From Candidatus Eiseniibacteriota bacterium (GTDB lineage: Bacteria; Eisenbacteria; RBG-16-71-46), in assembly GCA_031364845.1 (NCBI GenBank), contig JANLWX010000226.1, forward strand, positions 1-24,631: DNA of 24,631 bases, written 5' to 3'. The translations under genes and the position numbers were made by a program. Of the stretch, positions 17,164 through 24,631 are shown one piece after another. Positions within the stretch are counted from its first letter, which is position 1; each line of letters opens with the position of its first letter. The notes under the pieces were generated by a model, which was not told the origin of the DNA, searched no databases, and saw only the letters and a program-made list of their open reading frames with translations.

Positions 17164-17919
17164 GTGAATTTCGTGCGATCGTGGTGGATCCCTGCTGTCG
17201 TGATGTGTGCGGTGCTGGCCGGCGGATGTGGTGGCGCGGTGCTGCCGCAGATCCAGTCGGAGACTCAGCGGATGGCGGTCGCGCGCCGGCTCTTGTCCGA
17301 GAAGCAGTACGTGCAGGCGGCCGAACTGCTGAAAACGTTCGTCGCCAACAACCCGGGCAGCGCCGATGTCGACGAGGCGCTCTACCTGCTCGGCGAGGCA
17401 CATCTGCTCGCCAAGGACTGGCCAACCGCCGAAGTCGAATTCGAGCGCCTGCTGCGCGACTACCCCGAAAGCGACTCGAGTGCCGCGGCATCGTTCCGGC
17501 TCGGCGAGGCGATGTTCGGCCAGGCGCGCGGACCGGACTTCGATCAGGAGTACACGCTCAAGGCACTCGCGCAGTGGGAGAGCTATCAGCGCAGTTATCC
17601 CGATCACTGGCTGCAGCCCGAAGTCGCGCGGCGCATCGGGGTGACACGCCAGCGGCTCGCGACCAAGCTGCTCAAGACCGGAAATCTCTACGTGAAGCTC
17701 AAGCTGCCCGATCCGGCGCGCGCGTATTTTCAGCGCGTGATCGACGAATACGCCGAAACGCCGCAGGCGGCGGAAGCGGCGATCGGCCTCGCGCTCACGT
17801 CCGCGCTGTCGGGCAAGAAACCCGAGGCGATCCAGCAACTGAAGCAGATCGAGGCGGCGTTCCCGAATCAGCCGCTCGCCGTGCGCGCCGCTAGGGAGCG
17901 CGCGCGCCTCGAGAAGTGA
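17164..17919 (+). CDS. bamD: Outer membrane protein assembly factor BamD (TPR lipoprotein)
   Basis: Lipobox 'LAGGC', TPR helices with 'FERLLRDYPES', BamD-type 'GPDFDQEYTLKALAQWESYQRSYPDH', 'YFQRVIDEYAET'. RBS GAGG lies directly before the GTG. Confidence 0.85.
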   Translation: MNFVRSWWIPAVVMCAVLAGGCGGAVLPQIQSETQRMAVARRLLSEKQYVQAAELLKTFVANNPGSADVDEALYLLGEAHLLAKDWPTAEVEFERLLRDYPESDSSAAASFRLGEAMFGQARGPDFDQEYTLKALAQWESYQRSYPDHWLQPEVARRIGVTRQRLATKLLKTGNLYVKLKLPDPARAYFQRVIDEYAETPQAAEAAIGLALTSALSGKKPEAIQQLKQIEAAFPNQPLAVRAARERARLEK

Positions 17920-18593
17920 TGGTCACCGCCGCCGGCTCGAAAGCGAAGGTCGTCCGCCGCGCGCGCACGCCCCGTGGCGCCGCCCGCGTCGGAGTGTTCG
18001 GCGGCACGTTCGATCCGCCGCATCTCGGTCATCTGGCCGCGGCGGAGTGGGCGCGCGATCAGCTGGAACTCGACCGGGTCGTGTTCGTGCCCGCGGGCAC
18101 GCCGCCGCACAAGCGCGGCCAGTCCCGGTCGGACGCGGCGGCCCGGCTCGCGATGACGCGGCTCGCGGTGCGCGCTCAGGCGGGGTTCACGGTCTCCGAT
18201 CTCGAGATCCGCCGCCGTGGCCCTTCGTTCACGATCGACACGCTGCGCGCCTTCGCGGCGCGCGATGCGCGCGCGCGATGGTTCCTGATCCTCGGCGAGG
18301 ACAATCTGGTCGAGTTCGACTCGTGGCGCGAACCCGAGGCGATCCTCGAGCGGGCGACCGTGGTGGTGGCGCTGCGGCCGAGGCCGGTTTCGAACGGGCG
18401 ACCGGAACACCACCGGGTCCATGGCATGGTGCGCGGAATGTCGCGCAAGGGTGCTGTGGTCACGCTCGACAACCCGGGTATCGATCTGTCGTCGAGCGCG
18501 ATCCGCGAGCGCGTGCGCGGCGGACGTTCGATCCGTTATCTGGTGCCGGCGGCGGTCGAGCGTTACATCGCGCGCACGAGGCTCTATCGATGA
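17916..18593 (+). CDS. nadD: Nicotinate-nucleotide adenylyltransferase
   Basis: 'VGVFGGTFDPPHLGH', 'PAGTPPHK', 'GPSFTIDTL', 'LILGED', 'DLSSSAIRERV...RYLVPAAVERYI'. GTGA overlap with bamD (alternative ATG at 17919). Confidence 0.95.
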   Translation: MMVTAAGSKAKVVRRARTPRGAARVGVFGGTFDPPHLGHLAAAEWARDQLELDRVVFVPAGTPPHKRGQSRSDAAARLAMTRLAVRAQAGFTVSDLEIRRRGPSFTIDTLRAFAARDARARWFLILGEDNLVEFDSWREPEAILERATVVVALRPRPVSNGRPEHHRVHGMVRGMSRKGAVVTLDNPGIDLSSSAIRERVRGGRSIRYLVPAAVERYIARTRLYR

Positions 18594-19315
18594 GCTACCG
18601 TCCGAAGGAGTTCTGGGATCAGCGCCTCAAGGATCAGTTCGACCTGCGCGGCACCGGCGAGACCGGTCTCTCGGTCGCCTACAACGAGGCGTGTTATCGG
18701 CTGCGCCGCGAAGTCCTCGACCGCGCGCTGCACGCGGCGGGAGCGGATCCGTCGGGCCGGCGCGTGCTCGATGTCGGATGCGGCACCGGCTTCTTCACCG
18801 CCTACTATCTCGAACGCGGCGCGCACGTCACCGGACTCGACATCGCGCCGACTTCGATTGAACGGCTGCGCGCGCGGCATCCGCAGGCGACGTTCATCCT
18901 GGGCGATGTGAGCGAGACGCCGGTCGAAGGCACGTTCGCGATCGTCAACGCGTTCGACGTGCTCTATCACATCACCGACGACGCCCGCTGGGAGTCCGCG
19001 GTGCGGAACCTGGCGAAGGCGGTGGAGCAGGGCGGCGTGCTGCTGCTCACGGATCTGTTCACCGAGTTCAAGCGATTGGAGTCGCACAACGTCGCGAGAA
19101 CACTGGATCGTTATGAACGCGTGTTCAACGAGGAAGGGTTGCGGGTCGCGGGACTCTACGAAACGCACGTGCTGCTCAATCGCGAACTGGGGGCGTTTCG
19201 CTTCCTCAACCGGTTGCCATCGCTCCTGCTCGTGATCGACCGGATTCTGCTTTCCGTACGGCGGCGTCCGACGAATTCCAAGTCGAATACTCTGCTCGTC
19301 GCGCAGCGGTTCTGA
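18590..19315 (+). CDS. Class I SAM-dependent methyltransferase (241 aa)
   Basis: ATGA overlap with the nadD stop. 'VLDVGCGTG', 'VTGLDIA', 'FDVLYHI', 'GGVLLLTD'. The ORF-track start at 18047 lies inside nadD and is rejected. Confidence 0.9.
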   Translation: MSYRPKEFWDQRLKDQFDLRGTGETGLSVAYNEACYRLRREVLDRALHAAGADPSGRRVLDVGCGTGFFTAYYLERGAHVTGLDIAPTSIERLRARHPQATFILGDVSETPVEGTFAIVNAFDVLYHITDDARWESAVRNLAKAVEQGGVLLLTDLFTEFKRLESHNVARTLDRYERVFNEEGLRVAGLYETHVLLNRELGAFRFLNRLPSLLLVIDRILLSVRRRPTNSKSNTLLVAQRF

Positions 19316-19420
19316 AGCCTAGCGAAACAACGTTCCGCGGGAAAACTGCTCGTCCGTGCACCGGGCCCGAGCCAGGAGATAGAAATGGCTTCGTGACTGG
19401 AACGCATCTAGTATCGGGGG

Positions 19421-21496
19421 ATGAAAACACTCCTACGTTGTGTAATCGCTCTGAGTTTTTCCGTTGCCGCGCTGCCCGGATCTTCGATCACTGCCCAGGC
19501 TGGTGAACCCCACGCTGCATGGTTGCAACCGTCCAACGCTTCGCTCGCAGCGGTGCCTCCCGGCCGCCGGGCTGCGGGCTACTGCTACGATTCGGCTCGA
19601 CACCGGCTCATCGTGTTTGGTGGATTTCCCTTCTACCTCGGCGACCTGTGGGCATTCGATGTGGCTGCCGGGACATGGTCCGAGATCATCCCCTCCGGAA
19701 CCGGGCCGACGCCGCGCTACGGTCCAACGACGATCTACGACGCCGCGAACGATCGCCTCGTGATCTTCGGAGGCTATGACGGCAGCGTTCAGAGAAACGA
19801 TGTCTTTGCGGTGAATCTTTCGGGAAGCCCGGTGTGGACGGAATTGACGCCTTCCGGCGCTCCGCCCGGGGGACGCAGTTTCCACGTGGCGGCGTACGAT
19901 GCCCCGCGCCAGCGCATGGTCATGTTCTCTGGGTTCAACGGAACGACCATGCTCAACGACACTTGGCAGCTCTCGCTCGCGGGCGCGCCGGCGTGGACGC
20001 AGCTTACCGGCTCGACGCCACCGCCGCCTCGCAACCTCGCCGCGGTTGCGATCGATACCGCGCGCCAGCGCTTGATCGTGTTCGGCGGATGGAGCGGTTC
20101 GACGTATCTCAACGACACGTGGGCGTTCTCTCTGGACTCGCCTGCGGGATGGAGCCCGGCTATCGCGTTCAGCGCTCCTCCCGGGCGCCGCGAAATTTCG
20201 ATGATCTATGATTCGATCGGGGACCGGCTGGTGCTCTTCGGTGGCAACGACGGCACCTTCCGCAACGATACCTGGTCGCTCGGCCTCGATCCCGGCAGCA
20301 GCTGGAGCCAGATCACTCCCTCAGGGACCTTGCCGTCGGGGCGCTACGGCCACGCGTCGTACTATGATCCGGTAGGACGCAACTTCTTCATCTTCGGCGG
20401 CAACTCCTTCGGATCGCATTTGAACGATCTCTACCGCCTCAATCTCTCCGGCTCACCTCAGTGGACCACGGTGATCGGTCCGCCGCCGCCGCCGAATCAT
20501 GCTCCGGCGATCGACGATGTCCGCGACGTGCCGAACGACCAGGGTGGCCGCGTGTTCGTGACGTGGCTCGCGAGCGATCTCGACGGGCACGGCTACAACA
20601 CCGTTACGGGCTACCGCGTGTGGCGCCGCATTCATCCGGGGGGCACCGCCGCCAAGCGCGCCGTTGCTTCCACGGCACAGGCGTCAAGTGGAGCGAAGCT
20701 GTTGCGCACGACGGAGCCGAACGGAAGCACGGTCGTGTTCTGGGAGGCGCTCGCCGACCTGCCGGCTCAGCAGCTCGAAGGCTATGGGTATACGGCGGCG
20801 ACCACGCAGGATTCCATGAAGAACAGCAACCCTTACACCGCGTTCTTCATCACTGCGCTCACCAGCAACTCGAACGTGTTCTACTCATCGGCGGTCGACA
20901 GCGGCTATTCCGTGGACAACATCAAGCCGCACAAGCCACGCAACGCCACCGCCGCGGTCGAGCCGGGCGGCCTCAGCATCGCGTGGGAAGCGCCGGACGA
21001 GCTCCTGACTCCTGACGTTCAGTACTACCGTGTGTACCGCGGCAACACGGTGGACTTTGCTCCCGATGCCGCGCATCAGATCGGACAGACCGACGAGTTC
21101 GAGTTCGTCGACGATGGCTCGATCGGAGAGCACTACTACAAGCTCACCACGGTCGACCTGCGCGCGAACGAGAGTGACGCGGTGACGGTGGGCCCGCTCG
21201 CGTCGGTTGCCGTCGGCGACGCCGCTGCGGAGTTCGCGCTCCGCGGCTCGGCGCCCAATCCCGCGCGGCCGTCCAATCTGACGATCGGGTTCTCACTCCC
21301 CACGGGCATGCGCGCAACGCTCGAACTATTCGATCTGAGCGGCCGCCGCGTCGCGGCACGGGACGTCGGGCGGCTCGGTCCCGGCAGTCATCGTGTGAAT
21401 CTCGCCGAAGGCCGTGCGCTTCGCAGCGGCGTCTACCTGGTGCGGCTCGTGCAGGGCGAGCGCTCGCGGTCCATGAAGGCGATCGTCGCGCCATGA
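19421..21496 (+). CDS. Secreted Kelch-repeat (6-blade) protein with FN3-like modules and a FlgD/T9SS-like C-terminal domain
   Basis: Signal peptide 'MKTLLRCVIALSFSVAALP'. Six repeats of P..R......YD....R.hhFGG......ND.W, then a poly-Pro linker, a 'DVPNDQGGRVFVTW' module and FN3-like 'IAWEAP...YYRVYRG...YYKLTTVD'. C-terminal domain 'PNPARPSNLTIGFSLP...LELFDLSGRRV...SGVYLVRL'. Confidence 0.9.
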   Translation: MKTLLRCVIALSFSVAALPGSSITAQAGEPHAAWLQPSNASLAAVPPGRRAAGYCYDSARHRLIVFGGFPFYLGDLWAFDVAAGTWSEIIPSGTGPTPRYGPTTIYDAANDRLVIFGGYDGSVQRNDVFAVNLSGSPVWTELTPSGAPPGGRSFHVAAYDAPRQRMVMFSGFNGTTMLNDTWQLSLAGAPAWTQLTGSTPPPPRNLAAVAIDTARQRLIVFGGWSGSTYLNDTWAFSLDSPAGWSPAIAFSAPPGRREISMIYDSIGDRLVLFGGNDGTFRNDTWSLGLDPGSSWSQITPSGTLPSGRYGHASYYDPVGRNFFIFGGNSFGSHLNDLYRLNLSGSPQWTTVIGPPPPPNHAPAIDDVRDVPNDQGGRVFVTWLASDLDGHGYNTVTGYRVWRRIHPGGTAAKRAVASTAQASSGAKLLRTTEPNGSTVVFWEALADLPAQQLEGYGYTAATTQDSMKNSNPYTAFFITALTSNSNVFYSSAVDSGYSVDNIKPHKPRNATAAVEPGGLSIAWEAPDELLTPDVQYYRVYRGNTVDFAPDAAHQIGQTDEFEFVDDGSIGEHYYKLTTVDLRANESDAVTVGPLASVAVGDAAAEFALRGSAPNPARPSNLTIGFSLPTGMRATLELFDLSGRRVAARDVGRLGPGSHRVNLAEGRALRSGVYLVRLVQGERSRSMKAIVAP

Positions 21497-21534
21497 GCTA
21501 GAAGCACGGCTCGAGAAGTAGTCCGCAAAGCGAA

Positions 21535-21570
21535 CGAGCGGCGCGCGATCGACGGATCGCGCGCCGCTCG
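21535..21570. terminator. Perfect 16-bp hairpin after the first Kelch gene
   Basis: cgagcggcgcgcgatc-gacg-gatcgcgcgccgctcg, followed by attat (weak U-tract). Confidence 0.65.
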
Positions 21571-21586
21571 ATTATGATCGGCGGTC

Positions 21587-22381
21587 ATGCACTACGAGAT
21601 CGACTTTGCGTGCCGCGATTCAAGCCCCCAGCAGGAGTTGCTCAATCAGCTCTATGATTACGGCGACGATGTGGGCACCAAGGTGCTCCACCGCTGCCGG
21701 CTCAATCTGTTCACGCTGATCATGCGCGATCTGATCGCGCGCGGCGTGATCACGCGCTTCGATCGTGCGATCGACATCGGGTGCAATGCCGGAGTGTATT
21801 CGAGCATGCTCGCCGACTTCGGATTCCGAAACGTGCTCGGCGTGGACGTGGTGCCCGAAATGATCGAGAAGGCGCAGCGCCACTTTGCTTCGCGCGAGCC
21901 GGATCGAACGATCGGATTCCGCCTTCAGCCCGCCGAGTCCCTCGCCGACGGCACGACCTACGACTTCCTGCTGTGCACCGAAGTGATCGAGCACACGGAC
22001 GAGCCGGCGCGCACGATAGAGAACATCCGCCGCCTGATCGGCCCGGGCGGTGTCGCGGTGATCAGCATGCCCAACCGCATCTCGGTTCCGTATCTCAAGG
22101 CGTGGCTCGCCTACAAACTCAAGCGCCAGCCGCGTGACGAAGACTTCGAGCGCCATCTCGAGTACCCGTTCCCGCGCGCGCTCAAGTTGTTCGTTGGGGA
22201 GGGCCTGTCGCTGGTGCACACCGACGGTACGAATCTCCTGTGGGACGACAAACGCATCCGCGCGCTGTATCCGACTTCGTGGTTCCCGACCCTCAACCGG
22301 TGGAACTTCGAGCTGGCGCGGGCGTGGCCGCTCAAATACTTCGCGCAATTCTTCTATGTCGTGGTAAAGCGCGACGCGTAA
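21587..22381 (+). CDS. Class I SAM-dependent methyltransferase (UbiG/Methyltransf_23-like motifs)
   Basis: 'AIDIGCNAG', 'VLGVDV', 'YDFLLCTEVIEH', 'PGGVAVISMPN'. Confidence 0.9.
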   Translation: MHYEIDFACRDSSPQQELLNQLYDYGDDVGTKVLHRCRLNLFTLIMRDLIARGVITRFDRAIDIGCNAGVYSSMLADFGFRNVLGVDVVPEMIEKAQRHFASREPDRTIGFRLQPAESLADGTTYDFLLCTEVIEHTDEPARTIENIRRLIGPGGVAVISMPNRISVPYLKAWLAYKLKRQPRDEDFERHLEYPFPRALKLFVGEGLSLVHTDGTNLLWDDKRIRALYPTSWFPTLNRWNFELARAWPLKYFAQFFYVVVKRDA

Positions 22382-22512
22382 GCAGTTGCGGCGTCTTCCC
22401 GGCGCTCCCGCCGGAGTTTGGCCGGCACCCGCTCATGAATCTCTGGAACGCGCCCGTCTGCCGGCGCATAATCGTCACAAGTTTGGTCCCGCCAAAGTTC
22501 CGGAGGTTCCCC

Positions 22513-24631
22513 ATGCCGCTCGACTTCCTCGTCACGCGTCGCTCACGACTCGCGCTCGTGCTCGTGTCCGCGGGCTTCCTCGCGATCGCGACGTCCGCGT
22601 TTGCCGGCAAGGCGCCCCTCGAACTCAGCACGAACGTTTCGCGCGATGGAGCCTGGTCCTCGATCCCCGCGGTGACCCCGCCGCCATCGGCCACGCCGCC
22701 TCCGGCGCGCATGGCATACGGTGCCGCGTGGGACACACAGCGCAATCGAATGATCGTGTTCGGCGGACATCCGACATTCCGCAACGACACCTGGGTGCTG
22801 GAAGCGGGCGCGTGGCAGCAGCTCGTCACCGCCGGCACACCGCCGAGCCCTCGCTATGGTCACAGTTGCGTGTACGACTCGGCGAACGACCGCCTGATCG
22901 TGTTCGGAGGAATTTCCGGCAGCGGCAATCTGAACGATGTCTGGTCGCTCACACTGTCGGGCACTCCGACCTGGGCGCCGCTCGCCACATCCGGAACCCC
23001 GCCGTCGGCCCGCCTCTATAGTGTGGTCACGTACGATTCCGCGAATCAGCGCCTGGTCGTCTTCGGCGGTCACGATGGCGCGTTCCGCAACGACACCTGG
23101 ACGCTCACGCTCGGAGCGACCCCCACGTGGTCCAACGCCGCGGCCGGAACGCCGCCTCCGGCGCGCGATTTGTCGCATGGAATCTACGACGCATCGCGCC
23201 AGCGCATGGTCCTGTACGGCGGCTGGTCGGGATCGGACTTCCTGAACGACACATGGCAACTATCGCTCGCGGGCACGCCGACGTGGAGTCCGCTCGCGAC
23301 CATCGGCACGCCGTCCAAGCGCCGTGAGCACAGTGCGTCGTACGATCCGGTCCGTGATCGCATGATCATCGCCGGTGGCCTCGACGTCGGTTATCCCACG
23401 CCCCTCAGCGAAGTGTGGGCGCTGTCGTTCTCGACCGATCAGTGGCAACAATTGCCCTCGTTGCCGGACAACCGGCGCACGGCTCATGAATCGGTCTACG
23501 ATCCGCTCCTCGATCGGATGATTGTCCACGGCGGATACAGCGGCACCCAATACCTCTCGACCACGATGGCCCTCAACCTCTCGGGAACTCCCGAGTGGGT
23601 CGATCTTTTTCCTGCCTTCGCCGGAAGTCCCTCGGCGCGCCGCGAGTACAGCATGGTGGTCGATCCCGTGCGCGAGCAGATGGTGCTGTTCTCGGGCACG
23701 CAGTCATCGCCGCCGCTCGATCGCGGCGTGTGGACGTTCGACCTCTCGGATCCGGACGCGGCATGGCAGCGGCACCTGATCGCGAACGGACCCAACCCAC
23801 GCCACGGTCACACCGCCGTGTGGGACGCGCCGCGCGACCGCATGCTGATGTTCGGCGGGTACGACGACCAGTCGCTCGCGTACCTGAACGAATTGTGGGA
23901 GCTCAAGTGGACGCCTTCGCCGACGTGGACGCTGCTCTCGCCGGGCGGCACGCTTCCGAGCCCGCGCATGGCACTCGGTATGATCCACGATCCGGTGCGT
24001 GACCGCCTCGTGATCATGGGCGGGCATCCGCAATACCTGAATGAAGTCTGGGAGCTGCCGCTGTCCGGCGCGAACGCGATGCAGTGGTCCCAGTTGAGCC
24101 CCGCGGGCACGGCGCCCGCGCCGCGCTGGGGGCACTCGTTCGTCTACGACTCGCATCGCGATCAGGCGATCATGTTTGCGGGTACCAGCGAAGGTGGCGT
24201 CGTGCACGACGACGTCTGGACCCTCGATCTCACGGGCGGGACGTCGTGGGCCCAGTTGAATCCGAACGGACCGATGCCCTTGAAGCGCCTCGTCCACACC
24301 GCCATCTACGATCCGTCGCTCGAGCGCATGCTGGTGTACGGCGGCGGCAACTACGATCCGGTGTTCCTGCTGGACACCTGGGAGCTGAGGTTGTCGGATC
24401 AGCATCCGCGCTGGAAGCGCATGCATCCACTGGGGCGGGGCCCCGGGGAGCGGGACCTGATCACCGCGGTCTACGACGCGCCGCGCACCCGGCTCGCGTT
24501 CTTCGGCGGATTCCGCGAGGACCCGACGACGTTTCACGCCGACACATGGTTCCTGAACTGGGGGAGCGACGAGCCGGACTCGATCGAAGGGACGGCCCAG
24601 TTCAGCGGCAACCAGATCGTCGTGACGTGGA
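22513..24631 (+). CDS. Secreted Kelch-repeat protein with 12 blades, 3'-truncated by the window and absent from the ORF track
   Basis: RBS GGAGG at 22502-22506 and ATG at 22513. It begins MPLDFLVTRRSRLALVLVSAGFLAIATSAFA (signal peptide) and the frame stays open to the window end (...FSGNQIVVTW). Twelve R.....YD....RM.hFGG.....ND.W repeats. Candidate -10 box CATAAT at 22467-22472. Confidence 0.92.
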   Translation, partial: MPLDFLVTRRSRLALVLVSAGFLAIATSAFAGKAPLELSTNVSRDGAWSSIPAVTPPPSATPPPARMAYGAAWDTQRNRMIVFGGHPTFRNDTWVLEAGAWQQLVTAGTPPSPRYGHSCVYDSANDRLIVFGGISGSGNLNDVWSLTLSGTPTWAPLATSGTPPSARLYSVVTYDSANQRLVVFGGHDGAFRNDTWTLTLGATPTWSNAAAGTPPPARDLSHGIYDASRQRMVLYGGWSGSDFLNDTWQLSLAGTPTWSPLATIGTPSKRREHSASYDPVRDRMIIAGGLDVGYPTPLSEVWALSFSTDQWQQLPSLPDNRRTAHESVYDPLLDRMIVHGGYSGTQYLSTTMALNLSGTPEWVDLFPAFAGSPSARREYSMVVDPVREQMVLFSGTQSSPPLDRGVWTFDLSDPDAAWQRHLIANGPNPRHGHTAVWDAPRDRMLMFGGYDDQSLAYLNELWELKWTPSPTWTLLSPGGTLPSPRMALGMIHDPVRDRLVIMGGHPQYLNEVWELPLSGANAMQWSQLSPAGTAPAPRWGHSFVYDSHRDQAIMFAGTSEGGVVHDDVWTLDLTGGTSWAQLNPNGPMPLKRLVHTAIYDPSLERMLVYGGGNYDPVFLLDTWELRLSDQHPRWKRMHPLGRGPGERDLITAVYDAPRTRLAFFGGFREDPTTFHADTWFLNWGSDEPDSIEGTAQFSGNQIVVTW

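Noticed and set aside
18047..18589. Long N-terminal extension of the methyltransferase (422-aa ORF), or a nadD-MTase fusion
   Set aside because: It lies inside nadD in another frame. The ATGA overlap at 18590 gives a natural start and nadD is complete.
19397..19413. Sigma54 promoter (CTGGAACG-N4-TAGT)
   Set aside because: The -12 position reads GT instead of the near-invariant GC, and the second copy at 22443 also fails.
21587..22381. Naming this gene ubiG, or calling either methyltransferase a DNA methyltransferase
   Set aside because: Only generic class I motifs are present. There are no DPPY/NPPY or PC motifs and no quinone pathway context.

Overview
A very GC-rich bacterial chromosomal window, densely coding and almost all on the + strand. 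Secreted multidomain proteins ending in a 'PNP...I.F.LP....L.IYD..GR.V' FlgD/T9SS-like C-terminal domain suggest an FCB-group lineage such as Ca. Eisenbacteria (inference only). In order, it contains: (1) a 5'-truncated secreted purple-acid-phosphatase-type multidomain protein; (2) a convergent membrane pyrophosphatase (hppA) with K+-independent, divergent-type motifs; (3) a GT-C/PMT-like membrane protein with a TPR tail; (4) an orphan BtuF-like protein followed by an unannotated 40-codon DinB-family C-terminal fragment; (5) an acyl-CoA dehydrogenase; (6) an unannotated 66-aa ORF overlapping a minimal nucleotidyltransferase, a candidate MenAT/AbiEii-like toxin-antitoxin pair; (7) a secreted hypothetical protein; (8) a tightly coupled ftsK-rimO-hypothetical-bamD-nadD-methyltransferase operon behind a hairpin-rich leader; (9) an alternating methyltransferase/Kelch/methyltransferase/Kelch array. 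The last Kelch gene (22513 to the window end) is absent from the ORF track and has 12 blades, the second six apparently circularly permuted. I saw no rRNA, tRNA, CRISPR array, integrase or transposase. All family calls come from reading motifs by eye, not from database searches.
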